The position numbers and the translations under genes were made by a program. From the IMG/VR virus record IMGVR_UViG_2599185214_000003: a DNA stretch of 64,000 nt; one strand, given 5' to 3'. The notes under the pieces were generated by a model that was not told where the DNA came from, made no database searches, and saw only the letters and a list, made by a program, of their open reading frames with translations. Shown piece after piece: positions 27,231 through 36,009 of this stretch. Origin of the DNA: a virus. Position 1 is the first letter of the stretch; the number at the start of each line of letters is the position of its first letter.

Positions 27231-27890
27231 TCAGACCTCCGCGGGGGTGATCGGGCCGTCGGCGATTGGGCGATACCCGGACGGCCCCAGATGAGTGACC
27301 AGCACCTGGTCGAGGCTAGGCGCTGGCCACGACCAGGTGCCATTAGCCGCGGGCGTCAGGGACGCCAATAGAGCGCCAGTGCTCCAGTTTTGAATCAGCA
27401 CACGGCTTGCTGCCACGCCGCCTTCCAGGCGCGACGTTCCGCGCACCTGCGTCCAGATGGCGCTCGTCTTCGTGGTCGGACCGCCAGAGACCATGAAGTC
27501 CACGAATGCGACGATGGTTGTCCAAGCACTCCCATCGTTGGAGCCTTGCAGCTCGAAGTCGCGCGGATACTCCAGTGGCTGCGCGGTCGAGACCAGTCGC
27601 ATGGACCGCACGACCACGGCAGCAGGCAGTTCCACGCTCAGCATCGATGGCGTGCCCGCCGTCACTCGGTTGTCAGATTCCCAGTAGGTGGCTGCATTTC
27701 CATCGTTTGCATTGGCGGGGACGAACGACTCGTAGACCCCGTTCGCTGACATCGTGCCACTGCGCATCACGTCCAGCCCGCTCGCGTCCGCCGCCTCAAA
27801 CATCGCCCATTCGGCCACGCAGTAGTAGCGCAGGTCGCCGCTGGAGTTCTTCGTGAACTTCAGCCTGTAGAACTTGAAAGCAGTCGCCAT
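27231..27890 (-). CDS. Discoidin (F5/8 type C) carbohydrate-binding tail protein
   Basis: ANANDGNAATYWES...ELPAAVVVRSMRL...FELQGSNDGSAWT motif. Confidence 0.8.
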   Translation of the reverse strand: MATAFKFYRLKFTKNSSGDLRYYCVAEWAMFEAADASGLDVMRSGTMSANGVYESFVPANANDGNAATYWESDNRVTAGTPSMLSVELPAAVVVRSMRLVSTAQPLEYPRDFELQGSNDGSAWTTIVAFVDFMVSGGPTTKTSAIWTQVRGTSRLEGGVAASRVLIQNWSTGALLASLTPAANGTWSWPAPSLDQVLVTHLGPSGYRPIADGPITPAEV

Positions 27891-27899
27891 GCTGCGCTC

Positions 27900-28253
27900 C
27901 TAGATGCTTGGCGAGACGTTCGCGACGATCACGTCGTTGTGACCGTTCTTGCGCCCCACGACATCGAACTTCAGCGCGAGATTGAGCCCGTCCACTCGCC
28001 AGGTGCCGTCCGCAGCCGATACCACCTCGGCGACAACGACTCCATCACCGGGTGCTGCACTGGCGGGACGGTAGAGGATGCGCACAACGGCGCTTTGAGG
28101 CACGCCTTGAACGCTGGTAATGCCATCCGGGAATTCGCCAGCGAGATAGCCCGTACCGCTAGGTGGGAGGTTTCGCACCGCCGGGCGCACGCCGTGCCCG
28201 CCGGCGATGATGCGGCGCGAGTCGTAGGGTGTCGCCAGGATGTATTGGGCCAT
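27900..28253 (-). CDS. Small transthyretin/Ig-like tail module
   Basis: GTGYLAG...DGTWRVDGL...FDVV...GHNDVIVANVS. Confidence 0.65.
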   Translation of the reverse strand: MAQYILATPYDSRRIIAGGHGVRPAVRNLPPSGTGYLAGEFPDGITSVQGVPQSAVVRILYRPASAAPGDGVVVAEVVSAADGTWRVDGLNLALKFDVVGRKNGHNDVIVANVSPSI

Positions 28254-28256
28254 GCC

Positions 28257-29219
28257 CTACTCCCACAGCATGGCGACTGCAGCGCGCACGGAAGTCCCGT
28301 TGAAGACATCGCCGGGCCACACGGGATTCATCGCCATGAAGTTCCGTGTCTGCGTGCCCACTGCCGCGGCAGTGAATTCATCGTTCCCGACCGCTCCGGG
28401 CCCGCGTCGAACACAGAGCAACTGCGCGAGGCGCTTCGGCGCCGGCGTCATCGTATGGAAGTTGTAGATCGGGATCTTGCCGTCCACCGTCGCAACGTTC
28501 TCCGCACCGAGCGCAAGTGCGCAGCGACTTGAAACAGTCACCACGCCTGTCTTGCTCAGGTAGGCAGCAATTGGCGCATCGCCGAAGTAGCCGTTATAGG
28601 TTCCACCAGGCGCGACCACGATCAACGAAGCGCCCTCGGCCGTTGGCTCACCGGAGTCGTTCGTGTCACGACAAATGAAGAAGGACGCCAGCGGTGGCGA
28701 ATCTGCGACTGCGGCGGAGGGCCCATAGGACGTGCTCGGATCGATAGCCAACTGCTTGAAGGACACCCCCAGGAATCCCGGCAAGACACAGATGTATGAC
28801 TGAAGTGCCTGGCCAAAGGTCGCATTGCGCTGATACTGCCCGCTCGACTGATTGGCGCCCGCGACATATTCGGGCGTAGCACTTGTGAGGGTTCCAGCTC
28901 CGTTCGTTCCCAAGCCAATCGACAGGTAAAAGGACCACAAAAGCCGGGTTGTTGTGGTCTGCGCCGGTGTGACGAAGCGAATTTTCAGGAAGATGGGCAA
29001 CGTGTTGCCGTCGTTCAGCTTGTAGATGCGATAGCCGTAGTTCGTATTGGAAGTCAGCGTCGTGATCGCGCTGAAATCGAGCTGCCCTGTATCGGTTCCC
29101 GCAACAAGGCCGGCTTCCAGAAGCTTGTCATGCAGCTCTTGGCACACGCGCTTGAAGTCATCGACCGTGGAGGCCGACGCCGAGGTGACTAAGAGGGTAT
29201 TGAACGCCACTTTGGTCAT
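28257..29219 (-). CDS. Hypothetical tail / receptor-binding module protein
   Basis: 320-aa ORF of lower GC, coupled to neighbours. Confidence 0.6.
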   Translation of the reverse strand: MTKVAFNTLLVTSASASTVDDFKRVCQELHDKLLEAGLVAGTDTGQLDFSAITTLTSNTNYGYRIYKLNDGNTLPIFLKIRFVTPAQTTTTRLLWSFYLSIGLGTNGAGTLTSATPEYVAGANQSSGQYQRNATFGQALQSYICVLPGFLGVSFKQLAIDPSTSYGPSAAVADSPPLASFFICRDTNDSGEPTAEGASLIVVAPGGTYNGYFGDAPIAAYLSKTGVVTVSSRCALALGAENVATVDGKIPIYNFHTMTPAPKRLAQLLCVRRGPGAVGNDEFTAAAVGTQTRNFMAMNPVWPGDVFNGTSVRAAVAMLWE

Positions 29220-29557
29220 GCGCCGTCCTTTAGCACCCCGAACGGCGTCTCGTTGGCCCAGTAGCCCTTGTCCTCGTGCCAGGCCCCGTACTCCACCAGC
29301 AGCGCGTCATCGCCGCGCTGGGCGGCGTAGCGGAGCGCGTAGTCGATAGCCCACTGCTGGGAGTCGCGCTCGGGCGGGCACGGTGCCAGCTCGTGCACGA
29401 ACATCTGGAACGGTGGCAGCGCGCCGACCTTGCGCCAGTCGACGACGATAGGCGGCGCCGGCGTCAGCTCGATGGGCTTCGGGGCGATGCCCTCCACGCC
29501 GACGCGCTGCGGCGCTGGCTTCTGCGGCTCGGCCGCGGCAGATTGGGTGTTTTGCAC
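29216..29557 (-). CDS. Hypothetical phage protein
   Basis: 113-aa ORF, SD CAGGAG, coupled stop/start. Confidence 0.6.
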   Translation of the reverse strand: MQNTQSAAAEPQKPAPQRVGVEGIAPKPIELTPAPPIVVDWRKVGALPPFQMFVHELAPCPPERDSQQWAIDYALRYAAQRGDDALLVEYGAWHEDKGYWANETPFGVLKDGA

Positions 29558-29574
29558 TCCTGCGCTCCCGGTGT

Positions 29575-29982
29575 TCAGACTTTGAAGATCTTGTTGGTGC
29601 CGTTGTCCCAGGTGACGATGATGTCGCCGCCGTTGGGCGTGATGGGCAGCCCTGTGGCCGTGTCGATGTAGGCGATCAGCGGCGAGGTGGACTCGGTCCC
29701 CGTGTCGCGATAGATCACGATGGCCTCGATGCTGGCGCCCGACACAGCAGTGAAGGTCACGTCTGCGCCGTCTGCCGCGCCGCCCGTGGTGGTCTTCGCT
29801 GTCAGCGTCACAGGCCCGGCGATGCGCGCCGAGGTCGGGATGTCGGACAGGTACTGGTGAATGGCCGTCTGCGGCGTGTACGCGCCGGTGTCCACCAGGA
29901 TGATCTTGATGGTGTCGGTCAGCCAGTTGAACTGGCCTTCGAGGAAGCGCTGCCGCGCAGCGTCATACAGGGTGTTTGCCAT
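29575..29982 (-). CDS. Conserved phage structural protein
   Basis: Likely start ATG 29982: MANTLYDAARQRFLEGQFNWLTDTIKIILVD...PNGGDIIVTW. Confidence 0.7.
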   Translation of the reverse strand: MANTLYDAARQRFLEGQFNWLTDTIKIILVDTGAYTPQTAIHQYLSDIPTSARIAGPVTLTAKTTTGGAADGADVTFTAVSGASIEAIVIYRDTGTESTSPLIAYIDTATGLPITPNGGDIIVTWDNGTNKIFKV

Positions 29983-30184
29983 TTGCGGCCTCTTCAGGAG
30001 AAGAGGCGCACTCCTGCGCGCCGGTGTGGATGCGCCCGCCTGGGCGCACGATCGGGGTCTTGGGGTCAGCGCAGATCGCGAGGCGTGCGCGCTGGCCCGA
30101 CTTGTGGGTGAGAGTGACCAGAGCGTCGCCAATGCGGACGGTTTCCCCCGCCCGGAGCTCGATGTGGTGCAGCGTGCTGGCCAT
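29963..30184 (-). CDS. CsrA/RsmA-like small protein
   Basis: ELRAGETVRIGD-ALVTL..SGQRARLAICADPKTPIVR aligns by eye with CsrA TRRVGETLMIGDEVTVTV..KGNQVRIGVNAPKEVSVHR, including the R44 equivalent. Confidence 0.65.
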   Translation of the reverse strand: MASTLHHIELRAGETVRIGDALVTLTHKSGQRARLAICADPKTPIVRPGGRIHTGAQECASSPEEAANGKHPV

Positions 30185-30858
30185 TACGGATGTACCACGG
30201 TGACGTGGTCGGTGTCGTCGCGCGTGCTGCGCCTCAGGTCCGAATCCGGCAACGGACCGAAGTAGGCGGTGAACGCGGCTTCGGCGGCCGCCGAGCGGGC
30301 GGGGTCAAAGCTCTCGGTGTCAGGGATCGAGAACCCACGGTGCAGCGCCCACTGCACCAGGTGCTCATGGTGGGCCGCGTGGATCTCGGGCGTGTCGTTG
30401 TCATCCGCCATCGGTACGAGCGGGAGCCTGTAGCCCTCGAGGCGAAGGATGCCGGCGCGCACAGGAGTGCTCACGAGCCTGATGGTCGTTTCCCCCTGAA
30501 TAGCGAACAGGATCTCGCCGGCTTGCAGGTGCTCACCCGCACGCCAGCCAGGCACCTTGCGATCGAGCCATTCCCGCGTCACCAACTTCGGCGTCGTCGT
30601 CTCGAACTGGGCGCCTTCGACCTGCAGGTGCACCAGCTCGTACAACGTCGCATGAAGCGGATAGGTGTGCTGGCCGGCCTGGATGGCGATCTCGCAGATT
30701 TCTGGCTTGGCATCCTCGAGCAGGAGTCGACCTCGCACCGCCGCCTGCGCCTGGGCGTCGTTGAGCCAGTCGCGCACGTCGGCATCCGGCCAGAAAGGCG
30801 GAATCGCCAGGTCGAATGCCAGCGTGCGAAAGCGGCGGATGAGGTCCTTCAGCGTCAT
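30184..30858 (-). CDS. Head-tail adaptor / connector protein
   Basis: MTLKDLIRRFR...WPDADVRDWLNDAQ...IHAAHHEHLVQWAL pattern; position after the capsid genes. Confidence 0.7.
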   Translation of the reverse strand: MTLKDLIRRFRTLAFDLAIPPFWPDADVRDWLNDAQAQAAVRGRLLLEDAKPEICEIAIQAGQHTYPLHATLYELVHLQVEGAQFETTTPKLVTREWLDRKVPGWRAGEHLQAGEILFAIQGETTIRLVSTPVRAGILRLEGYRLPLVPMADDNDTPEIHAAHHEHLVQWALHRGFSIPDTESFDPARSAAAEAAFTAYFGPLPDSDLRRSTRDDTDHVTVVHP

Positions 30859-30861
30859 GGA

Positions 30862-31470
30862 TCAAGGCACGCCGTATTGGTCGATCATTTCGACGATGCG
30901 CGCGCGCATGTTCTCGACCGACAGGTTCTTAGGCACCTTCTGGGAGAACTTCTCCATGCCCCAGTCCTGCAGCGCGTCCTTGTCCATCGAGTCCAGGGTC
31001 TGCACCAGGTCCAGGCGGTTCTGATCGGCGCGCTGGCGGTCCGCCTCAGTCTTGTTGGCTTCCGCCAGCCGATCCTCGGTGTCGTCCGCAGGCTCCTCGG
31101 CCGACTCGCCCTCGGGTTTGGAATCGCCGGTGGGCGCGACAGGCGACTGCCCGTCGGATGTGCTCCCGCCCTCGCCCGAACTGCCACCTTCGGCGCCAGT
31201 GCTCTCGCCGCCCAGCGTGCCGGTCTCGCCAGAGGGTGGCACCGGTGCAGGTGCGGGAGCGGGTGCAGGGGCCGACACGGGCGCGACAGGTGCCACGACA
31301 TCGCGCTCGAAGCAGTCGGAATGTCGCAGAAACTTGGCGACCAGATCGAGGTCGGGGATGGTGCGTGTCTGCCCGGGCACGAACGAGAGATTCGAGCCGT
31401 AAAGGCGGTCGTAGAACGGGTCTTCGCGCCCGATGTACTTGACGGGCACGCCGGCGGTCTTGGAGGTCAT
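30862..31470 (-). CDS. Hypothetical head-completion protein
   Basis: Likely start ATG 31470 after SD AAGGA; low-complexity linker and helical C-terminal domain. Confidence 0.6.
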   Translation of the reverse strand: MTSKTAGVPVKYIGREDPFYDRLYGSNLSFVPGQTRTIPDLDLVAKFLRHSDCFERDVVAPVAPVSAPAPAPAPAPVPPSGETGTLGGESTGAEGGSSGEGGSTSDGQSPVAPTGDSKPEGESAEEPADDTEDRLAEANKTEADRQRADQNRLDLVQTLDSMDKDALQDWGMEKFSQKVPKNLSVENMRARIVEMIDQYGVP

Positions 31471-31529
31471 GGTGGTTCCTTCAGAACGGGGAAAGGACGG
31501 GGGAAGGCGATCGCCCTCCCCCGCTCGCA

Positions 31530-32009
31530 TCACTTCGCGCCCAGGCGTTCGCCGTGGACGATGAAGTCGACGCGGCTGGCCTTGGCGTTCGCCGCGCCGG
31601 CGAGCGTCAGCACCAGGAAGGCCTCCTTCGCCAGCGTGACCGGCGCCTTCGACGAGGTCGTGCGCAGGCGAGCAGCCGCGTTGAGCACGAGGCCCGTACC
31701 GAAGTACGCGAGGTCCTGCGGCACGTCGGCGCTGTCCACGCCATCGGCGTACTCGAAGCCCAGCGAGCCGGTAACGGCCGCGGTCATGGCGGTGGACACG
31801 ATCAGCTGCAGGTCTTCCAGGCGGAAGCCCGCCGGCAGGCTTTGCAGGTAGACCTTGTCGCCGACGCCGAGAGGCGTGGTTGCGTTGGCTCGCACTGCTG
31901 CGCCCGTCGCGTCGGTTTCGAGCACCGCGCGCAGCGTTGTGACGTTGCCGTAGGCGGCCATGCCGCCGAACTGGTTGATGCCCAGTCCCTTGAGTTTGAT
32001 GTTGGCCAT
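31530..32009 (-). CDS. Capsid decoration / cement-like protein
   Basis: Likely start ATG 32009 after SD AAGGAG; beta-rich, directly after the major capsid gene. Confidence 0.6.
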   Translation of the reverse strand: MANIKLKGLGINQFGGMAAYGNVTTLRAVLETDATGAAVRANATTPLGVGDKVYLQSLPAGFRLEDLQLIVSTAMTAAVTGSLGFEYADGVDSADVPQDLAYFGTGLVLNAAARLRTTSSKAPVTLAKEAFLVLTLAGAANAKASRVDFIVHGERLGAK

Positions 32010-32064
32010 TGGTGGCTCCTTGATTGGGTGAAGGGAGAGGCCGGGTTGCCCCGGCCCTGGGTCA

Positions 32065-33354
32065 TCAGCCGCGCGGCTTGATGATCGGCACCACGGTGTC
32101 AAGCACCGTCACGCCGTGGTCGGTGAACTGCACCTCGTCGCCGTGGTCCACCGCGAAGCGGATCTTCGACAGGCCCTGGATGACCCCGATCAGGATTTCC
32201 AGTTTGTCGCCGTGGTCGTCGTCCTCCTCGCTCCAGAAGAACGGCATGCCGCTGTGCTCCGAAGCGGCGAATGCCTGGCCGAGGGCCTGCCCACCCAGCA
32301 GGATGGCGCGGTCGATGGCGAACTTCGTGGTGAAGCTGGCCGGCACAACAGCTTGGCTCTCGGTCTCGGCGTCGTAAGCCGCGCAGTAGCGGATCACATC
32401 GTTGGCGTAGAAACGAATCGGCTTCGGCATCTTGACCATCAGGATGCCGTTCCACAGGCCTGCGTCACCGAGGAACAGCGGATGGTCCTTGATGAGGCGT
32501 GCGCGCGCCACGGCGGCGGCCTGGAAGTTGCGAAACGCCGGATCGGTCGCGAAGCCGCTGTACTGCGCGGGCGAAAGCAGCATCACCCGGATCGGGCTGT
32601 CGGTGGCAGCCTGGTCGCCATCGAACTGCACTGGCGGAGGCGGCAGCGCGATCTGATCGATGTAGGCGCGCACGGCGTCGACCGTGCCCATCTTCAGCAG
32701 GTCAGTCGAAGCGATGTCCACCTCACCCGCGTTGACCGTGAACTGGTCGATGACACCTGCCTTCGCCATGAAGTGGCGGTTCTTGGTAGGCGCCTTCACG
32801 GGATTGACCAGGATTTCCTGGAAATCGGGGTGCGTCTCGACGGGCACGCGCCATTCGATGTTGTCGTGGAAACCACGAGCGCCGCCCATGTGGACCAGGA
32901 TGGACTGGTCCAGGTAGTCGTTCGCCTTCTGCTGCGCCAGCGGCCGACCGACACGACGCAGGTCCACCGGGCTGCGGATCTGCGACATGACATCGCCCAT
33001 GTCGATCGGGAAGCGCGCCTGGTTCACGCGCAGCCGGTCTTCGGACAGCTTCACACCCACGCCCTTGCCCTTGGCGTACTTGCTGCCCATGATCGGGTAG
33101 CCACCGCTCGGGTTGATGAGGTTGAACTTCACCTCGTCGCCGCGGCCCTTGCCCAGGTCCTGCACCTGCACGATGGGCATGTGGTTGCTGGACTGCTTCT
33201 TGATCGTGGCGATCGCGCCTTCGAGCTTCGGCATCTTGCCGACGAGGCGGTTGATGGTGGTGTTGCGCTGCTGGCTGACGGCGAAGACGCCAGCTGCTTG
33301 CTGGACCATCGCTTTCGGGTCGCCATACGCGGTTTGCGTCTTGGTTGCGGTCAT
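32065..33354 (-). CDS. Major capsid protein, N4-gp56 / DUF4043 family
   Basis: 429 aa; DLGKGRGDEVKFNL, RVNQARFPI, GDAGLWNGILM, RAILLGGQAL, DHGVTVLDT motifs. Confidence 0.85.
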   Translation of the reverse strand: MTATKTQTAYGDPKAMVQQAAGVFAVSQQRNTTINRLVGKMPKLEGAIATIKKQSSNHMPIVQVQDLGKGRGDEVKFNLINPSGGYPIMGSKYAKGKGVGVKLSEDRLRVNQARFPIDMGDVMSQIRSPVDLRRVGRPLAQQKANDYLDQSILVHMGGARGFHDNIEWRVPVETHPDFQEILVNPVKAPTKNRHFMAKAGVIDQFTVNAGEVDIASTDLLKMGTVDAVRAYIDQIALPPPPVQFDGDQAATDSPIRVMLLSPAQYSGFATDPAFRNFQAAAVARARLIKDHPLFLGDAGLWNGILMVKMPKPIRFYANDVIRYCAAYDAETESQAVVPASFTTKFAIDRAILLGGQALGQAFAASEHSGMPFFWSEEDDDHGDKLEILIGVIQGLSKIRFAVDHGDEVQFTDHGVTVLDTVVPIIKPRG

Positions 33355-33394
33355 TTGACCTCCTTGTGTTGTGGTGCTGCGTGTGCCTGACGGC

Positions 33395-34504
33395 TCACAG
33401 GGATCGGTTCAGGAACGCATCGATCTGCTCGGGCGACATGCCTTGCATCGCCTCCGCCATCGATGCGGGGTCCATGGCTGCCAATCGCTCGTGCGGCGAC
33501 AGGGCGTCTGCCCGCCCGCCCGGGATGTCCGAGAGGGAGGACGGAACGGCCTGCGCCGCCGCAGCGATGACGGCTTGCGCAGCGGCCTTGGGATCGGCTG
33601 CCGCGGCTTGGCTTGCTCCAGCGGCCGGTGCCGCAGCCGGAGCTGCGGTGGCCTTCTTGAAATCGTTGAACAGCTCGACCACCTGCGCCGAGGTGCCCTT
33701 CTCCAACACGCCGCGCAGCGTGGGCTGCACGTAGCTGGGTTGGGCCCCGATCCACCGCTGCAGCTCCGCGCTCTCCGCCATGGAGTCCGCATCGGGGTGC
33801 GCCTTGTAGATGGCGTCGTAATGGGCCTCGCGAGCGCTGAGCTGGTGCTGCTGCTGGTACGGAGCCATGGCCTTGCCAACTTGGGCCTGGACCTGCTCCT
33901 GCACCTGCTGCGCCACCAGCGTCTGGATGCCCTTGGCCAGCGCCTCTTCGGAGAAGTCTCCGAAGATGGCCGGATCGACGCCCTTGTCGATGGCCGCTTG
34001 CGCGGCCGCCACCTGGTTGTCGGTCTGGGTCGGCGCTTGCCCTGCATCGGCGCGCTGCTGCGCCCGAGCCTGCAACTCGGTGAGCTGCCGTTGGGCCGTC
34101 TCCGCCTGCGCCCGCCAGTGCTGCTCACCCTCGCGGGCCTGCACCAGCTTCTCGTAGGGGATGGTGTGCTTTCCATCCTTCGCGAGCACGACAGCGTTGG
34201 ACGCATCGGGCTCGGCGGAAGCTGCTGCAGGCGCCGCGGCGGGCGTTGCTGCTGGGGCGGGCGCAGGGGCAGGAGACGCGGCCGGAGCCGGCGCAGCTGC
34301 GCTGCTGTTCGTATCGGCGCTGCCTGCCGCAGCGGGTGCGGAAGCGGGAGCTGCTGCAGCAGTGGTGGACGCGGGCGCGCCACCGTCATCCAGCCCAAAG
34401 CTGGTGTCGCCCGATGCCGCGATCTCGAGGAGCTCGGCGGCCTGCTGCGGCGTCAGTGCGCCGTTGATTTCGTTGGTCTGGAAAAAGTCGTTGGATGTCG
34501 TCAT
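33395..34504 (-). CDS. Capsid scaffolding protein
   Basis: Likely start ATG 34504; KHTIPYEKLVQAR motif, coiled coil, HYDAIYKAHPD, helical C-terminus; directly upstream of the capsid gene. Confidence 0.75.
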   Translation of the reverse strand: MTTSNDFFQTNEINGALTPQQAAELLEIAASGDTSFGLDDGGAPASTTAAAAPASAPAAAGSADTNSSAAAPAPAASPAPAPAPAATPAAAPAAASAEPDASNAVVLAKDGKHTIPYEKLVQAREGEQHWRAQAETAQRQLTELQARAQQRADAGQAPTQTDNQVAAAQAAIDKGVDPAIFGDFSEEALAKGIQTLVAQQVQEQVQAQVGKAMAPYQQQHQLSAREAHYDAIYKAHPDADSMAESAELQRWIGAQPSYVQPTLRGVLEKGTSAQVVELFNDFKKATAAPAAAPAAGASQAAAADPKAAAQAVIAAAAQAVPSSLSDIPGGRADALSPHERLAAMDPASMAEAMQGMSPEQIDAFLNRSL

Positions 34505-34644
34505 GCCTGTCCCGCCACATATCGCCGTGGCCGCAAAGGGGCCAGCAATCCGGTGCGAACCACGAGGGCCCGCGCCATCTGCCTTGAATCCACGGCGTTG
34601 CCGCCGTGACATCGCCCCAACGCTCGCGCGCGGTGCTTGAAGGC

Positions 34645-34685
34645 AGTGTCAAGAACGGGAAGGCAAAGCCGAAACCCTACAGGGG
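34645..34685 (-). promoter_or_regulatory. Late-promoter motif copy 4 (scaffold/capsid operon)
   Basis: CCCCTGTAGGG-N24-GACACT. Confidence 0.75.
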
Positions 34686-34694
34686 GCACGGACG

Positions 34695-34718
34695 AAAAAG
34701 CCGCCTTTACGGCGGCTT
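34695..34718 (-). terminator. Intrinsic terminator
   Basis: AAGCCGCC-GTAAA-GGCGGCTT followed by TTT, after the stop at 34740. Confidence 0.7.
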
Positions 34719-34739
34719 GTCGTGGGTGCTGGGCCCTCC

Positions 34740-35879
34740 TCAGGCGCCGGCAAGCCGGCTGCGTAGCTCGTAGCCCAGCAGCGGCCACACCTGGTCGACG
34801 GCATGTTCGCGCGCATATGTGCGGCCGATCTCGGCATCGAAGTTCTCCTGCGAAACCGGCCCGGTGTTCACGCCGACGATCTTGATTCCGTTGCGCAGCA
34901 CCAGCACGCAGAAGGTCAGCAAGCTCAAGGCCTGGAAGGGCGTCGTTGCGGGCGGCCTCTGGGTCAGCGTGTCGTAGTCGTGGTGTTGTTGGTGGAGCTC
35001 CAGCTTCGCCATCGCGCCGTCGACACCGTGCTGAGCGGTGAAGTAGTGCTCGCTGGCGATGGCCGCTTCGATGTCTGCGAGCGACACGCGCGGGGCGACG
35101 GCCTTGGCGGCCAGTTCCTGCTCGGTCACGGCGGAGACCGCATCGGTTGCAACGGCGATCGGCGGCTCCTCGCGGTGATGGTCGCGCACGGGCAAATGGA
35201 CCAGTCCTGGCTCAGACCCGGGACTGGAATCGCGGAGACCCAGCGCCGACGCTGGTGCGGGCACCTCGCTCCAGAACGCGCCGTGCAGGTAGTTCCATGC
35301 GCGGTTGACGTGGTCGTTGAAGCCTGGATGCAGAGCCGACAGCTCTTCCATTGCATTGCGAATCGCCGGGTAGAGCACGCGCGAGGCATGGGTCTCGCCG
35401 GCCGGCTCCGCGGCTTTGGCGCCGTAGTTCACCAGGGCATCGAGTGCCTGCCGAACCTCGTGGCCGATGCGTGTACCGTTGCCTCCCAGCTCGGACACGC
35501 GCGCGGCGATCGCGTGCGCAGCGGACTGTTCGAGCTCGTCGCGGTGACTGCGGATGCGCGGCCCGCTGTTCGCTTCCTTTGCCTGCATGTCCTGCTTCGC
35601 GGCCTGGCCGCGCTGGAAGGGCATCCACCCGCAGAAAGCGCTGTCCGGTGCAGCTTCATCGCCTTGCACCAGGTGAACGCTGGTCCTGCTGTGCGGCGCG
35701 CCGTTCGCGTCGAACACGCACAGGTTGACCATGTTGTCGTTCCAGACGCGGGCAACGACGGCTGCGTAGGGGCCGCCGCTCTCATTGCAGGCGAAGCCGG
35801 CCTCGCCGCTCTTCGGCGCCGGGTAGAACCAGACGACGCGGCCGACGGTCGGAATGATGATGGGGCTGATGTTGCTCAT
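34740..35879 (-). CDS. Multi-domain protein with C-terminal N4 gp49 / Sf6 gp66-family domain
   Basis: Start ATG 35879. C-terminal APRVSLADIEAAIASEHYF...LTFCVLVLRNG...ENFDAEIG...VWPLLGYEL pattern. Confidence 0.72.
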   Translation of the reverse strand: MSNISPIIIPTVGRVVWFYPAPKSGEAGFACNESGGPYAAVVARVWNDNMVNLCVFDANGAPHSRTSVHLVQGDEAAPDSAFCGWMPFQRGQAAKQDMQAKEANSGPRIRSHRDELEQSAAHAIAARVSELGGNGTRIGHEVRQALDALVNYGAKAAEPAGETHASRVLYPAIRNAMEELSALHPGFNDHVNRAWNYLHGAFWSEVPAPASALGLRDSSPGSEPGLVHLPVRDHHREEPPIAVATDAVSAVTEQELAAKAVAPRVSLADIEAAIASEHYFTAQHGVDGAMAKLELHQQHHDYDTLTQRPPATTPFQALSLLTFCVLVLRNGIKIVGVNTGPVSQENFDAEIGRTYAREHAVDQVWPLLGYELRSRLAGA

Positions 35880-35896
35880 GAGGCTCCTGAGAAGAC

Positions 35897-35970
35897 AAAA
35901 AGCCCTGTGCTCTGGCATCCCCGGTAGCGGCCGTCCTCCTCGCGGAGGTGGGATGCCAGAGCACAGGGCT
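35897..35970 (-). terminator. Long-stem hairpin plus U-tract in a 5' leader (possible attenuator)
   Basis: Perfect 21-bp inverted repeat 35901-35921 / 35950-35970, followed by TTTT on the minus strand. Confidence 0.6.
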
Positions 35971-36009
35971 CTGGGTTGGTTGTCTTGGCCGCTACCCGTT
36001 GACGAGGTC

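Noticed and set aside
23929-29219. Possible diversity-generating retroelement or invertible tail cassette
   Set aside because: No reverse transcriptase, no invertase and no near-identical template/variable repeats; the paralogs are diverged at DNA level.
31482-32063. Hairpins after the capsid and decoration genes (about 31498-31521 and 32040-32057)
   Set aside because: GC stems without clear U-tracts; most simply mRNA stability or weak termination elements.
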